This document shows positions 46,902-56,751 of a stretch of DNA of 64,000 bases, piece by piece. The stretch is from positions 96,001 to 160,000 of the forward strand of contig CAXXMV010000006.1 of NCBI GenBank assembly GCA_963662285.2, given 5' to 3'. The notes beneath the pieces are model-generated. The model ran no database searches and was not told the origin of the DNA. It saw only the letters and a list, made by a program, of their open reading frames with translations. Position numbers and translations under genes: made by a program. Every line of letters starts with the position of its first letter. Within the stretch, counting starts at the first letter, position 1. Source of the DNA: a bacterium (GTDB taxonomy: Bacteria > Hinthialibacterota > Hinthialibacteria > Hinthialibacterales > Hinthialibacteraceae).

Positions 46902-48490
46902 TATTTTGTCTCCTTAAGAGGTTCCTGCATTTGATTGTTATCAGGCCAGATAAGCGAGCCGAAAATCATGGCCAGCAGGCTTAAGCCCAGGGCGGATAAT
47001 CCCATGACGGGGGCGGTTAGTTCGAAGCCGAGAAGATTTTCAATGTATTGGTAATTTAAAAGGTCTCTGATTTTGCTAAGTCCTAAGATGGCGCTGAAGC
47101 CTGAGATTAACGCGAGGATGGCGCCGGTTGAACTGGCTCGTTTCCAATATAGACCGAAGCCAAGAACCGATATGGCCCCGGTGGAGTATATTGCTCCGGT
47201 GATTCCCATGTATTCCCAGATATCGTCTGAGCCTTCATACCATAATCCCCAGATCACTATGTAGATACCGATTAGTATCATTACAAATCGGGTTAAAAAG
47301 ACTTTGCCTTTATCGCCTAAAGGTTTTCCCTGACGTAGGGGATTGATGATATCCAACACGATAACCGATGACCAGCAGAGCAGGTAACTGTCGTGGGTGG
47401 ACATAAACGCGGCGATCATGGCGGCGGTTACCAGACCCAAAAGCCCTGTGGGAAGGATGTTGGCCAAAAAGATAGGCATGGCGTAAAGATTATCAAGAGC
47501 CTTGGCGCCGTTGGTAGGATTGAAGGCTTCCTGGAAAACTCCACCAGCGGTCATGATAAACACAAAAGCGGCGATACCTAAAAAGTAGGGGATCAGGAAA
47601 CGGATCAAAAAGGATAATGAAGAGAACATATATTGCCGTTTCACTACACTGGTGTTGCGCGCCGACAGAGCGCGGGTGACGGCTGTAGGCCAGATAGCGC
47701 AACTGACCAGACCGAGCACCGCCTGCCAGCTCATATAAGCCGGTCCGAAGCCGCTGCCTTTTACGGTAGGATCAAAACCGGATTCTCCTTTATGCTGCAT
47801 GACAACTTCGACCATAGCGTCCCAGCCGAAATTCTTCAGGCATAGAAAAACCACCAGCAAAAGTCCCATGGACAAGACCGTGAATTGGATGTAGTCGGCT
47901 AGAACCACCGAAACCATGCCGCCGAGGATGGTGTAAAACAGGATCAGAACAATCAGAGTAATCATTACGATAGGCAATAATCCGCCGGATGGATCAATGC
48001 CGGTTACGCCGACCACGAATTGAGAACCGATTTTGAGGAATAAGCCCATATTAAGGATTCCGCCAAATGCCAACAGAATGCCGCCCAGGATACGGGTTCG
48101 TCTGCCAAAGCGTTTCTCATAATATTCGGGGATGGTCATTACTCTGGTTTGCCGTAATCGCACGACAATGAAACCGGAAGCGCCGACTATAAAGGTTACG
48201 ATGCAGGCGATGACCGCGATATGAAAAGCGGCAAAGCCGCCTGTGAACCCTTTCTGCGCTGAATACATAATAGTAATCAGCCCCATCTCCGTGCCGGTCA
48301 TGGTGGCGACCGATAATGCCGTGCCCAGGTTACGACCCGCCACCATGTAGTCGCTGACGCCTTTGATGAAGCGGCTGGCGAATAAACCTATGAAAACAGA
48401 GATAGAGACATACCCGATGACGATGCACCAGTCTAAAGTGGTAAATGAACTGCTGGCAAAAACCGATTGTATTATTTCATTTGATTCCAT
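46901..48490 (-). CDS. Sodium:solute symporter family transporter
   Basis: DYMVAGRNL, TIPEYYEKRF, GGMVSVVLADYIQ and AAFMSTHDS motifs. Confidence 0.94.
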   Translation of the reverse strand: MESNEIIQSVFASSSFTTLDWCIVIGYVSISVFIGLFASRFIKGVSDYMVAGRNLGTALSVATMTGTEMGLITIMYSAQKGFTGGFAAFHIAVIACIVTFIVGASGFIVVRLRQTRVMTIPEYYEKRFGRRTRILGGILLAFGGILNMGLFLKIGSQFVVGVTGIDPSGGLLPIVMITLIVLILFYTILGGMVSVVLADYIQFTVLSMGLLLVVFLCLKNFGWDAMVEVVMQHKGESGFDPTVKGSGFGPAYMSWQAVLGLVSCAIWPTAVTRALSARNTSVVKRQYMFSSLSFLIRFLIPYFLGIAAFVFIMTAGGVFQEAFNPTNGAKALDNLYAMPIFLANILPTGLLGLVTAAMIAAFMSTHDSYLLCWSSVIVLDIINPLRQGKPLGDKGKVFLTRFVMILIGIYIVIWGLWYEGSDDIWEYMGITGAIYSTGAISVLGFGLYWKRASSTGAILALISGFSAILGLSKIRDLLNYQYIENLLGFELTAPVMGLSALGLSLLAMIFGSLIWPDNNQMQEPLKETK

Positions 48491-48728
48491 ATCTTACTAT
48501 CTCCCTGTTCGTTGTTAAGCAAATACATGTAATGAGATTCTCAGGAAAACCTGCTCAAATTTTATTTCAACATGTTTTTATTAATAATGCTAGGCGGGTG
48601 TTGATTCATTGAAGCGCTAATCAGAAAATTATCTGAGTAAGTTGCTAGTGACATTGCAAGTTAAATATGTTTATATAACAGATGAGAAATTATAAAATAA
48701 CATATTTGCGCTATAAGGAAAAATCATC

Positions 48729-50282
48729 ATGCTAAGAAAATTTCAACTTTCGCTTTTAGGTTTAATTGCTTTTTCTCTATTGTCAGTATCGGTCTGGTCT
48801 GGAGAACCGGATTTGCGGAATGCATTTATCATCAACGAGGATAATAGTCATTTCTATGGAGGGCGCGAAGCCGACCAGATGACATTGAAGGGGCTTCATG
48901 CTTTCGTAGATCAATACGCCGATACGGCGGTGACGCATCTTTTTTTGTGTCCCAATTCCATGCGCGCCAGTTTCCGCAGCAAAACCCGTGAAGCGATATG
49001 GGATTTGGTTGAAGGTAAATACCATTCAAGCGCTTGGACTAACAACGCCCGTTTGCTCTATAAAAGCGGCTTGGATCCCTATGCCGTATGGATTGACCGT
49101 TGCCGCGAGAAGGGTCTCTCGCCCTGGCTAACCATGCGCATGAATGATATTCACAGCGTGGATGAACCCTCTAACTTTATGCATTCTACTTTCTGGCGCA
49201 ATCATCCTGAATTCTGGCGGGTTCCCAACGGCTCCGCTTCACCCTGGCAGAACCGGGCTATGAACTATGCTCATAAGGAAGTCCGTGAACATCAGATGTC
49301 ATTTGTGCGGGAACTGTTGGAGTGCTATGATCCCGACGGTTTGGAACTGGACTGGATGCGTTTCGGCTGGCATTTCACTCCTGGCAAAGCTAAAGAAGAA
49401 GGCAAATATCTCGATGATTTCGTACGCGAAGTCCGCCAGTTAACCAAAGCATGGGCCAAGAAACGCGGTCATGACATACTGCTAAGCGTACGCGTACCGG
49501 CGCACCCTGATGCAGCGGCTGGTTTGGGTATGGATGGCGTTCTTTGGGGCAGGGAAGGTCTGGTTGATATGCTGGTTCCATGTCCTTTCTGGGCTACTTC
49601 AGATTTTGATATTCCAGTAGAACTGTGGAAAGAACGATTGGGAGACAAGGCGCAATCAGTCGTTATTGCTCCCGGTCTGGAGTATAACGCGCGTCCCTGG
49701 CCGGGAGGCGAGGCTGTAGCCAATTCGTTGTCATCCGCCTATGGTTTTGGGGCGTCCGCATTATCGCGGGGGGCTGATGCATTATATCTCTTTAACTGGA
49801 TGGATTCAGAAACGCGACCCGTGACTAACGATTCTTACCGGACGCTCTTGGAACGTGGTTTGGGATCAGATGTCGTATCTAAAACAATGCGCCGCCATCC
49901 AGTCTGTTTCCGGGATACGGTTCCAGAAGGTTTTCCCAACGGAGTGGCTCTTCCAGTGGAAGGTCCAGATGGGGGAGAATTTTCTATCAACATCGGCGCC
50001 AAGCCTTCTACCGGTAAGGTATGGTTGATTGCCGGATTGGAGCAGCGGGAAGGTATATCTGAAGCAGCGTTTACTGCGAAGATAAACGGCGTTGAAGCGC
50101 CAGCTGTTGTTGATTTATCTTATATCAAGGATATTGGCGGAAAATCAGCACGGGGAATTCGGTTCCTTTGTCCGCTAAGCGCCGTCCGTGATGGATTCAA
50201 CCAGATTGAAATCAAACAAAAACCAGGAACTCCAGCGCAACGCATTGTCTGGTTTGAGGTGCGGATTGATCCGTCATTGTAA
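48729..50282 (+). CDS. Secreted glycoside hydrolase-like TIM-barrel protein (GHL10/DUF187-like)
   Basis: Signal peptide, NEDNSHF, MRMNDIH, YDPDGLELDWMR and ADALYLFN motifs. Confidence 0.7.
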   Translation: MLRKFQLSLLGLIAFSLLSVSVWSGEPDLRNAFIINEDNSHFYGGREADQMTLKGLHAFVDQYADTAVTHLFLCPNSMRASFRSKTREAIWDLVEGKYHSSAWTNNARLLYKSGLDPYAVWIDRCREKGLSPWLTMRMNDIHSVDEPSNFMHSTFWRNHPEFWRVPNGSASPWQNRAMNYAHKEVREHQMSFVRELLECYDPDGLELDWMRFGWHFTPGKAKEEGKYLDDFVREVRQLTKAWAKKRGHDILLSVRVPAHPDAAAGLGMDGVLWGREGLVDMLVPCPFWATSDFDIPVELWKERLGDKAQSVVIAPGLEYNARPWPGGEAVANSLSSAYGFGASALSRGADALYLFNWMDSETRPVTNDSYRTLLERGLGSDVVSKTMRRHPVCFRDTVPEGFPNGVALPVEGPDGGEFSINIGAKPSTGKVWLIAGLEQREGISEAAFTAKINGVEAPAVVDLSYIKDIGGKSARGIRFLCPLSAVRDGFNQIEIKQKPGTPAQRIVWFEVRIDPSL

Positions 50283-50312
50283 TAGTTAATCTTGTTTGTC
50301 TTGAATTCATAT

Positions 50313-50347
50313 GGTGTGGGCTAGACCGTTTTAGCTCACACCACCTG
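50313..50347. repeat. Palindromic REP/terminator between convergent genes
   Basis: GGTGTGGGCTAGA-ccgt-TTTAGCTCACACC. Confidence 0.65.
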
Positions 50348-50354
50348 CTATATC

Positions 50355-51509
50355 TCATTGCTGGACATATTGCCCGACCTTGATCACTTGATTGATGTCG
50401 CCTTCGGGGGATAGGATGTCGCCGACGTTGAGGATCATCCGTCCATTGCTTTGCTGTTCGATCTGCTGCGCCCAGGCTATGATTTCGGCGTCGGGGCGGT
50501 GGGTCATGAAGAGGGATGAGGGGATGCCGCAGTATGCGAATAACTGATCGCCCAGGGCGTCACTCAGTTGGGCTGCGCTGTAGTTGCTCATTGGCGCTGG
50601 CGTGCAGCCATCCAATAAATCAAACTCGGTCTGCGAGAAGAGTGGAAGCAGCGCGTGGATATTGCCATCAACGTGAGTGGATACGGTTTTCCCCGCACGG
50701 TGTAATATTTCACAGGCTTCACGGTAGATAGGGATGCAGTACTTGTGATAATAGGGCGGGGCGATTAAATGCTCGTCGGCGTGATCGCTGATGATGACGA
50801 TGCGCGCATCCGTGCTGGCGGCGGCTTTTATAGTTTCGAGAAATGGTTCCCTCATGCCATCGAGAAAGCGTTCCACCTTGCGCTTTTCATCCTGCAGAGC
50901 GTATACGCCATTGAATAGCCCCATGGCGTCGTGGATGAATGTTCCAAAAGGCGACCGGCCAATGGGGATATCTATAACGCCTAATTCTTTTAATGCATCC
51001 AATGCTTTTTGTATGCGATCATGCCGCACTTGAGTCGTGTTGTGTTGCGCCGCCCATAGAATCACGTCCAGGTCGTCGACGATTTTAGCGAAATGTTCAG
51101 TTATGCAATAACTGCCATCCGCCGCCAGGGTGCGGATTTGACGAATGGCGCCTATCGGAGTGGATATTTCAGTGGTTTCACGCCGTCTCTCAACCGTTAC
51201 TATACGTTCATATCCATCGGCGCTTTGATCGCGCCATTCGTATAAATGGATTGGACAGCCCCAGCCGAAATTTCTATAGAAATCCAGCAGCGTCCAATCC
51301 TGGAAGCATTCGGGCATATCATGGTTATGCTGATGAAATGGATCATCATCATAAATGATCTGCCCCGGTTCAAATTGTTGTGGCGCCCCGGGAGGCGTCC
51401 GCCGGGCTTTATACCAATCAGTGATATCAGGAAAAAAAAGAATACGTCCACGGTGATTGCCGTTGAGCAGTTGGAAGAAACGTTGGCGAAGCGTTTTGTC
51501 TTTGGTCAT
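50355..51509 (-). CDS. Uroporphyrinogen decarboxylase/methyltransferase (URO-D/MtaA-like) family protein
   Basis: Typical C-terminal barrel: IAPPYYHKYCIPIY, THVDGN, DGCTPAP and ILNVGD. Confidence 0.75.
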   Translation of the reverse strand: MTKDKTLRQRFFQLLNGNHRGRILFFPDITDWYKARRTPPGAPQQFEPGQIIYDDDPFHQHNHDMPECFQDWTLLDFYRNFGWGCPIHLYEWRDQSADGYERIVTVERRRETTEISTPIGAIRQIRTLAADGSYCITEHFAKIVDDLDVILWAAQHNTTQVRHDRIQKALDALKELGVIDIPIGRSPFGTFIHDAMGLFNGVYALQDEKRKVERFLDGMREPFLETIKAAASTDARIVIISDHADEHLIAPPYYHKYCIPIYREACEILHRAGKTVSTHVDGNIHALLPLFSQTEFDLLDGCTPAPMSNYSAAQLSDALGDQLFAYCGIPSSLFMTHRPDAEIIAWAQQIEQQSNGRMILNVGDILSPEGDINQVIKVGQYVQQ

Positions 51510-51547
51510 TGTATTTATCCGCGTTATGGTTGTTCGTCAACGTTGCT

Positions 51548-51645
51548 CTTGGCGCCCGTCAATGTCATTAAGTTAAGTTATTTTCATTCTGCAATGGGTG
51601 GTTTGATCAAGGGCTGACCGTAATGCGGTCTTGTCCTTGACACCC
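51548..51645 (-). repeat. Reverse copy of the long CAAGGG-hairpin element
   Basis: Reverse complement reads GGGTGTCAAGGACAAGACCGCATTACGGTCAGCCCTTGATCAAACCACC...AACTTAATGACATTG. Confidence 0.85.
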
Positions 51646-51680
51646 GTCTTGGCGTCCGTCATTAAATCCACATACTCCAA

Positions 51681-52952
51681 TTATACCTCTCGCTCAATCT
51701 GTTCAAAATAATCTGAAACATTAACCACGCGGTTCTCTATACGCGCCTGCTCTGCGGCGAAGACCAGCAGATGGCTGTTGCGCGATTCCAGGGCTGATGC
51801 AGTGACCTTATCCGGCTGGTTATTGCGTACCAGATCAATGAAATCGTGGATCATCAGCGTGTCGCCGCCGCCGTGGTCATCGTCAGGCCCGCCAGTATGG
51901 CATACTTCACTTCTGCCATCGCTGTAGTAATTAACTTCCAACTCACGTTTTTCCAAAAAGCCGCGCACAGTGGCTTGAGAGGCGCAGACGCGCAGGGTGC
52001 GGACATTATCATGGGAATGCCCATGCATATTGAATCCGATGGTTAGCCCATCTTCATAATTCAAACTGGTGAGTTGGTGGTCGACTATATCATTGTCGCA
52101 ACGGAAGACGCAGCGTCCATAGGGGCCTTCCTGCAAAGCCTTAAAGCGCCCTTCATAGGTCATATCTGAGGATATGACGCAAACTGGCCATTCGGTATTA
52201 TCGCCCAGGTACATCTTGATAGCAGAGTATGGGCAGGCGGCTTCCCTGGGGCATCCATCAGTGCAGCGTTGGGGGATGCTATCATCTACCCGGTCTGAGC
52301 GGAAATGAGTCAACGAGCCAAACGAAGAGATGCTCTGAGGCAGTCTTCCGGTTAACCAGTATAAGATATCTAGATCGTGGCAGGATTTAGAAAGCAATCC
52401 CGGGCTGCTTTTGGCATGGTTTCCCCAATTACCCCTGACGAAACTATGGGCGTAATGCCAGAAGGCAATGTTTTCATTATGCATTATGCTGATAACTTGG
52501 CCGGTATCGGGTGAATCAAGCAGTTGCTTTAAGCGGACGAAGAAGGGGTTGTAGCGCAGCGAATGACAAAGTTGCAGAATCTTGCCGGTTTGCTCTACTT
52601 TCCGTGCCAGTCGTACGCAACTGATGGCATCGGTGGCCATAGGTTTTTCAAGCAGGATGTGATAGCCCGCATCAAGCGCGTTCATAGTGGATTGGAAATG
52701 ATCCCTGTCCATGGTTGAGTTGATAAGAACATCAGCCAATTGCGGCTTATCAAGCAGCTCCTGCCAGGATTCAAAAACGTTTTCAGGCGGGATGGAATGA
52801 TCCTGAGCGAAACGTTCTCTTCGTATGGGATCAGGTTCCGCCACCGCGACGATTTTCAGGTTATGCGGATAAAATTTGGCGTATCCCCCGAATGTGCAAT
52901 ACCCCCGCATCCCCGCTCCAAGTAAGACTGCTTCTATAGGTTGAATTGACAT
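51681..52952 (-). CDS. Gfo/Idh/MocA family oxidoreductase
   Basis: LLGAGMRG, LLEKPMA, HSFVRGNW, KSCHDLD and HGGGD motifs. Confidence 0.93.
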   Translation of the reverse strand: MSIQPIEAVLLGAGMRGYCTFGGYAKFYPHNLKIVAVAEPDPIRRERFAQDHSIPPENVFESWQELLDKPQLADVLINSTMDRDHFQSTMNALDAGYHILLEKPMATDAISCVRLARKVEQTGKILQLCHSLRYNPFFVRLKQLLDSPDTGQVISIMHNENIAFWHYAHSFVRGNWGNHAKSSPGLLSKSCHDLDILYWLTGRLPQSISSFGSLTHFRSDRVDDSIPQRCTDGCPREAACPYSAIKMYLGDNTEWPVCVISSDMTYEGRFKALQEGPYGRCVFRCDNDIVDHQLTSLNYEDGLTIGFNMHGHSHDNVRTLRVCASQATVRGFLEKRELEVNYYSDGRSEVCHTGGPDDDHGGGDTLMIHDFIDLVRNNQPDKVTASALESRNSHLLVFAAEQARIENRVVNVSDYFEQIEREV

Positions 52953-52993
52953 AATAAATACCCCTTAATAAATGCTTGCGTGATATAGTAAGC

Positions 52994-53106
52994 GTAGGGT
53001 GGATCAGCCTTACCGACCCACCAAAAATCCACCATATCCAATTAATCACCTACCTCCGCGTAGGCGTAGTTTGATCCGGTGGGTCATAAAACGCGACCCA
53101 CCCTAC
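52994..53106. repeat. Inverted pair of GTAG-type REPs (REPIN-like)
   Basis: GTAGGGTGGATC...GACCCACC (52994-53022) and GGTGGGTC...GACCCACCCTAC (53078-53106). Confidence 0.82.
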
Positions 53107-53202
53107 GGAACTTGGATAATATAGTTGGACTATATACAAAGATTTATACATGATATAGATATATAGCGAAAGATTTGGGATTATTTTTTTTTGAGGTAAA
53201 AA

Positions 53203-54183
53203 ATGAAACCGGAAGAAATTGTACGACGAACCATAGAATTCAAAACGCCGCCGCGTTTGCCTTTTTACCAAAGCGTGATGAACGATATTCCCAGCGATGT
53301 TTTAGAAATCCGGGAAATGGATAGAGCTAAAGCAGGCTGGTTCTTTGATAGGCCGGGGATGGATGACTGGGGCTGCCGCTGGGCTATAACTGAGATCAAG
53401 AATATGGGGCAGGTGGTAGATCATCCATTAATGGATCGGTCGGCAATTGATAGTTTTGTTCCCCCTGATCCACACGATTTATACTATTATGAAAGAATCG
53501 ATCCGCTCATCAAACAGGCTAATGACCGCTACGTCGTCATTACATGCCACTTTAATTTGATAGAGCGCTTGCACATGCTGCGAGGCTTCATCGGCGCCAT
53601 GGAAGACTTTTACATCGCTCCAGAACAGACCAACCACTTGCTGGATATGATTCTGGAGAACCGCTTGGGACACCTGGAGGAGATTCATCGGCGCTATGGA
53701 AATGCGGTGCATGGCATCTTTTTTACGGACGACTGGGGGACTCAGAAAGATATATTTGTCAGTCCGGATATTTTTGATCAGTTCTTCAAACAACGCTATC
53801 AAACATTGTGTGATGCAGTTCATGGATACGGCTGGCATGTGATTTTACATTCATGCGGTAAAATCAATAAACTGGTTCCGCGCTTCATTAATTTAGGCGT
53901 TGACGTATTGAATATGCAGCAGCCTAGAGCCTATGGTTTAGTGGAGTTCGGCGAGCAATTCAAGGGTAAAATATGCTTCCTGACCACGGTGGATATCCAA
54001 ACCACGCTGCCGCGGGGCATCGAACAGGAAGTGCGGGAAGAGGCGAATTTGATTGTGAAACATTGGAAAGTTTCAGAAGGCGGATTGATAGTATTCAATT
54101 ACGGCGACCCGGAAGCCTTGGGCATCCCGCTGGAAATGACGCCGATAATGTTTGATGAGTTCGTTAAGTTAATGTATTCTTAG
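53203..54183 (+). CDS. URO-D/MtaA-like family protein
   Basis: DDWGCRW, LRG...MEDFY, TDDWGTQ, LHSCGKI and VDIQTTLP motifs. Confidence 0.88.
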   Translation: MKPEEIVRRTIEFKTPPRLPFYQSVMNDIPSDVLEIREMDRAKAGWFFDRPGMDDWGCRWAITEIKNMGQVVDHPLMDRSAIDSFVPPDPHDLYYYERIDPLIKQANDRYVVITCHFNLIERLHMLRGFIGAMEDFYIAPEQTNHLLDMILENRLGHLEEIHRRYGNAVHGIFFTDDWGTQKDIFVSPDIFDQFFKQRYQTLCDAVHGYGWHVILHSCGKINKLVPRFINLGVDVLNMQQPRAYGLVEFGEQFKGKICFLTTVDIQTTLPRGIEQEVREEANLIVKHWKVSEGGLIVFNYGDPEALGIPLEMTPIMFDEFVKLMYS

Positions 54184-54234
54184 GTTGTCGCCTGATCTGT
54201 TAATCATATCCTTGATATATGAAAGGCCGTTATC

Positions 54235-55155
54235 ATGTCTAATAAAACCAATCGTAGAGAATTTCTGAGTAAATCCATTCAAACCAGCGCTGCCGTATTG
54301 GCTTTTACTATGCCGGGCGGATTGACGGCAGCCAGTTCTACCACAGAACCGGGCAGTAATGCAAAGTGGCAAATAGGCTGTTATACCCGCCCGTGGGATA
54401 AACACGATTACCGCGTCGCCTTGGATTCAATAGCCCAGGCGGGCTTCAAACACGCGGGATTAATGACCTGCAACTCTGAGGATAGATTGGTCGTTTCTGT
54501 AAAGACTTCTGAAGATGAAGCGGTTCAAATCAATGAAGAGGTCAAAAAGCGAAAACTAGAGATTGCTTCGGTATATGGCGGCGGCATTCCAGTTAATGAA
54601 TCTCTGCAAGCGGGAATCGATGGCTTGAAGAAATTAATCGATAATTGCGCCATTGTGCAGTCGAAAACCTTGTTAATGGGCGGTACAGGCGATGAGAAAC
54701 TTTACGATGTTTATTACAAAGCCATTGCTGAATGCTGTGATTATGCAGCCGAAAAAAAGGTAGGCATCACCATTAAACCGCATGGCGGCATGAATGCCAC
54801 CGGGCCGCAATGCCGTAAACTGATCGAGAAACTGAATCATAAGAATTTCACTTTATGGTATGATCCCGGCAATATCTTCTATTATTCAAATGGCGAACTC
54901 AATCCAGTAGATGACGCCAAAACGGTTAATGGATTAGTAAGCGGCGTTTGCATCAAGGACTATGTGCATCCAAAAGAAGTTGCTGTAACGCCGGGCGCCG
55001 GGCAGGTGGATTTCCCCGCTGTTATGGCGCAACTTCAGAAAGGCGGGTTTACTCATGGGCCTTTGATTATCGAAACCTTAAAACCGGGAACCCTGAGTGA
55101 AATAAACCAGCAAGCCAAAATAGCGCGGAAGTTTGTTGAAGGATTGGTTTTATAA
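54235..55155 (+). CDS. Tat-exported sugar phosphate isomerase/epimerase (xylose isomerase-like TIM barrel)
   Basis: TNRREFL twin-arginine signal, IKPHGG, YDPGN, IKD and GQVDF...LIIE. Confidence 0.88.
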   Translation: MSNKTNRREFLSKSIQTSAAVLAFTMPGGLTAASSTTEPGSNAKWQIGCYTRPWDKHDYRVALDSIAQAGFKHAGLMTCNSEDRLVVSVKTSEDEAVQINEEVKKRKLEIASVYGGGIPVNESLQAGIDGLKKLIDNCAIVQSKTLLMGGTGDEKLYDVYYKAIAECCDYAAEKKVGITIKPHGGMNATGPQCRKLIEKLNHKNFTLWYDPGNIFYYSNGELNPVDDAKTVNGLVSGVCIKDYVHPKEVAVTPGAGQVDFPAVMAQLQKGGFTHGPLIIETLKPGTLSEINQQAKIARKFVEGLVL

Positions 55156-55228
55156 AGATATATCGGATCAATACATAAAAAAATAATGTATATCAACAAG
55201 GTTATGAGCAACAAATAGCGAGGTTCCA

Positions 55229-56623
55229 ATGAACAAACAAATATCCATTGCAATATTGTTGATTTTCGGATTGCTCAGCAGTGTGTTCTGCCAGGAAACC
55301 ATTACTGTTCGTCCGAAAGAGATCAATGACGTCCTGATTAATCCCGGCATCGGCTTCATGACCTTTCAGCGCTTTAACGGCGATGATTTGAATAAAGGTA
55401 AATCATGGACCGAAGGTTTCCCGATAGACTATCAGAAATTCGATGGAAATTTGGAAAATAAAAATCATCCAGCAACATCGCTGGCCTATTTTCGGATTTA
55501 TTGGAAATATGTAGAACCGGAACAGGATAAATATCGCTGGGATCTATTCGACAAGGCATTGGAAATTGCCAAAGAACGAGGGCAATCCTTATTGCTTCGA
55601 ATCGCGCCGTATGGAACAGGTGATGACAGAGATGTTCCTGACTGGTATCGCAAAATGGTTGGCGCCAAAAATGATTGGCCGGATAAGAAATGGCAGGTCG
55701 ATCCGGAAGACCCTAGATACGTTGAACATTTCGGTGGATTGATCCGCGACTTTGGCCAGCGTTATGATGGCCACCCCAACCTGGAAAGCGTCGATGTCTC
55801 CATTGTCGGCGCCTGGGGCGAGGGCGCCGGATCAGATAAGTTGTCGCCGGAAACGCGGCGTGCTCTGGTCGACGCTTATCTCAATGCATTTAAAAAGACT
55901 TCATTAATCATGTTGCTCTCAGACGCCAAAACCAATAGGTATGGAATTTCTAAAAGGGATGTCGGCTGGCGGGTTGATTGCCTGGGCGATATGGGCGGAT
56001 TCAGCGCGACCTGGAATCACATGGAGGATTATTACCCTCAGGCCATCATCAATTTCGGTATGCGAGACGCCTGGAAAAAGGCGCCGGTGTCACTTGAGGT
56101 TTGTTGGGTGCTGCAACATTGGAAAGATGAAGGCTGGGATATCGATAACATCATTGATGAATCCCTGAAATGGCATATTTCCTCATTCAATGCAAAATCA
56201 TCTCCCGTTCCAAGTGAATGGAAAGAACCAGTTGATCGATGGCTTAAGCGAATGGGTTACCGCTTTGTTTTAAGAAAATTCACCTATCCTTCATTTGTTA
56301 AAGCGGGAGAAGAATTAACTTTCACCAGCTGGTGGGATAACAAAGGCGTTGCGCCCTGTTATAAACCATATCCCCTGGCCTTTCGTATAAAGGATAAAAC
56401 CCGCCAATGGATCATCTATTCTGACGCTGATATCCGAACATGGTTGCCGGGAGATAATCTGTATGATGACGCAGTCAAGGTTCCCTCCGGTATTCTGGAA
56501 GGCGAGTACAATTTAGAAATTGCTCTGCTTGATCTGTATAGCGAGCAACCAAAAATCCAACTAGCCATCGAAGGAAAACAAGAGGATGGCTGGTATCCAT
56601 TGGGATGCATAAGAGTCAATTAA
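55229..56623 (+). CDS. Secreted DUF4832-containing glycoside hydrolase-like protein
   Basis: Signal peptide, LINPGIGF, GAWGEG, WRVDCLG, MGYRFVL and NKGVAPCY motifs. Confidence 0.8.
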   Translation: MNKQISIAILLIFGLLSSVFCQETITVRPKEINDVLINPGIGFMTFQRFNGDDLNKGKSWTEGFPIDYQKFDGNLENKNHPATSLAYFRIYWKYVEPEQDKYRWDLFDKALEIAKERGQSLLLRIAPYGTGDDRDVPDWYRKMVGAKNDWPDKKWQVDPEDPRYVEHFGGLIRDFGQRYDGHPNLESVDVSIVGAWGEGAGSDKLSPETRRALVDAYLNAFKKTSLIMLLSDAKTNRYGISKRDVGWRVDCLGDMGGFSATWNHMEDYYPQAIINFGMRDAWKKAPVSLEVCWVLQHWKDEGWDIDNIIDESLKWHISSFNAKSSPVPSEWKEPVDRWLKRMGYRFVLRKFTYPSFVKAGEELTFTSWWDNKGVAPCYKPYPLAFRIKDKTRQWIIYSDADIRTWLPGDNLYDDAVKVPSGILEGEYNLEIALLDLYSEQPKIQLAIEGKQEDGWYPLGCIRVN

Positions 56624-56637
56624 TAATAGTGGTAAAT

Positions 56638-56727
56638 GGTGGGCTACGCTTCGCTTTTAGCCCACCCTACCTGTTTCCTCTACGAACTGGCTTAGATGGG
56701 ACACGCTGGCGCTTTGTCCCATCCTAC
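56638..56727 (-). repeat. Two tandem GTAG-type REPs
   Basis: GGTGGGCTA...TAGCCCACCCTAC (56638-56670) and GATGGGACA...TGTCCCATCCTAC (56695-56727). Confidence 0.82.
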
Positions 56728-56751
56728 TTTGTATGATCAGAGAATGACATT

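Noticed and set aside
50355-54183. hemE assignment for the URO-D-family genes
   Set aside because: They lack the N-terminal RQAGR motif of HemE and sit in a sugar context.
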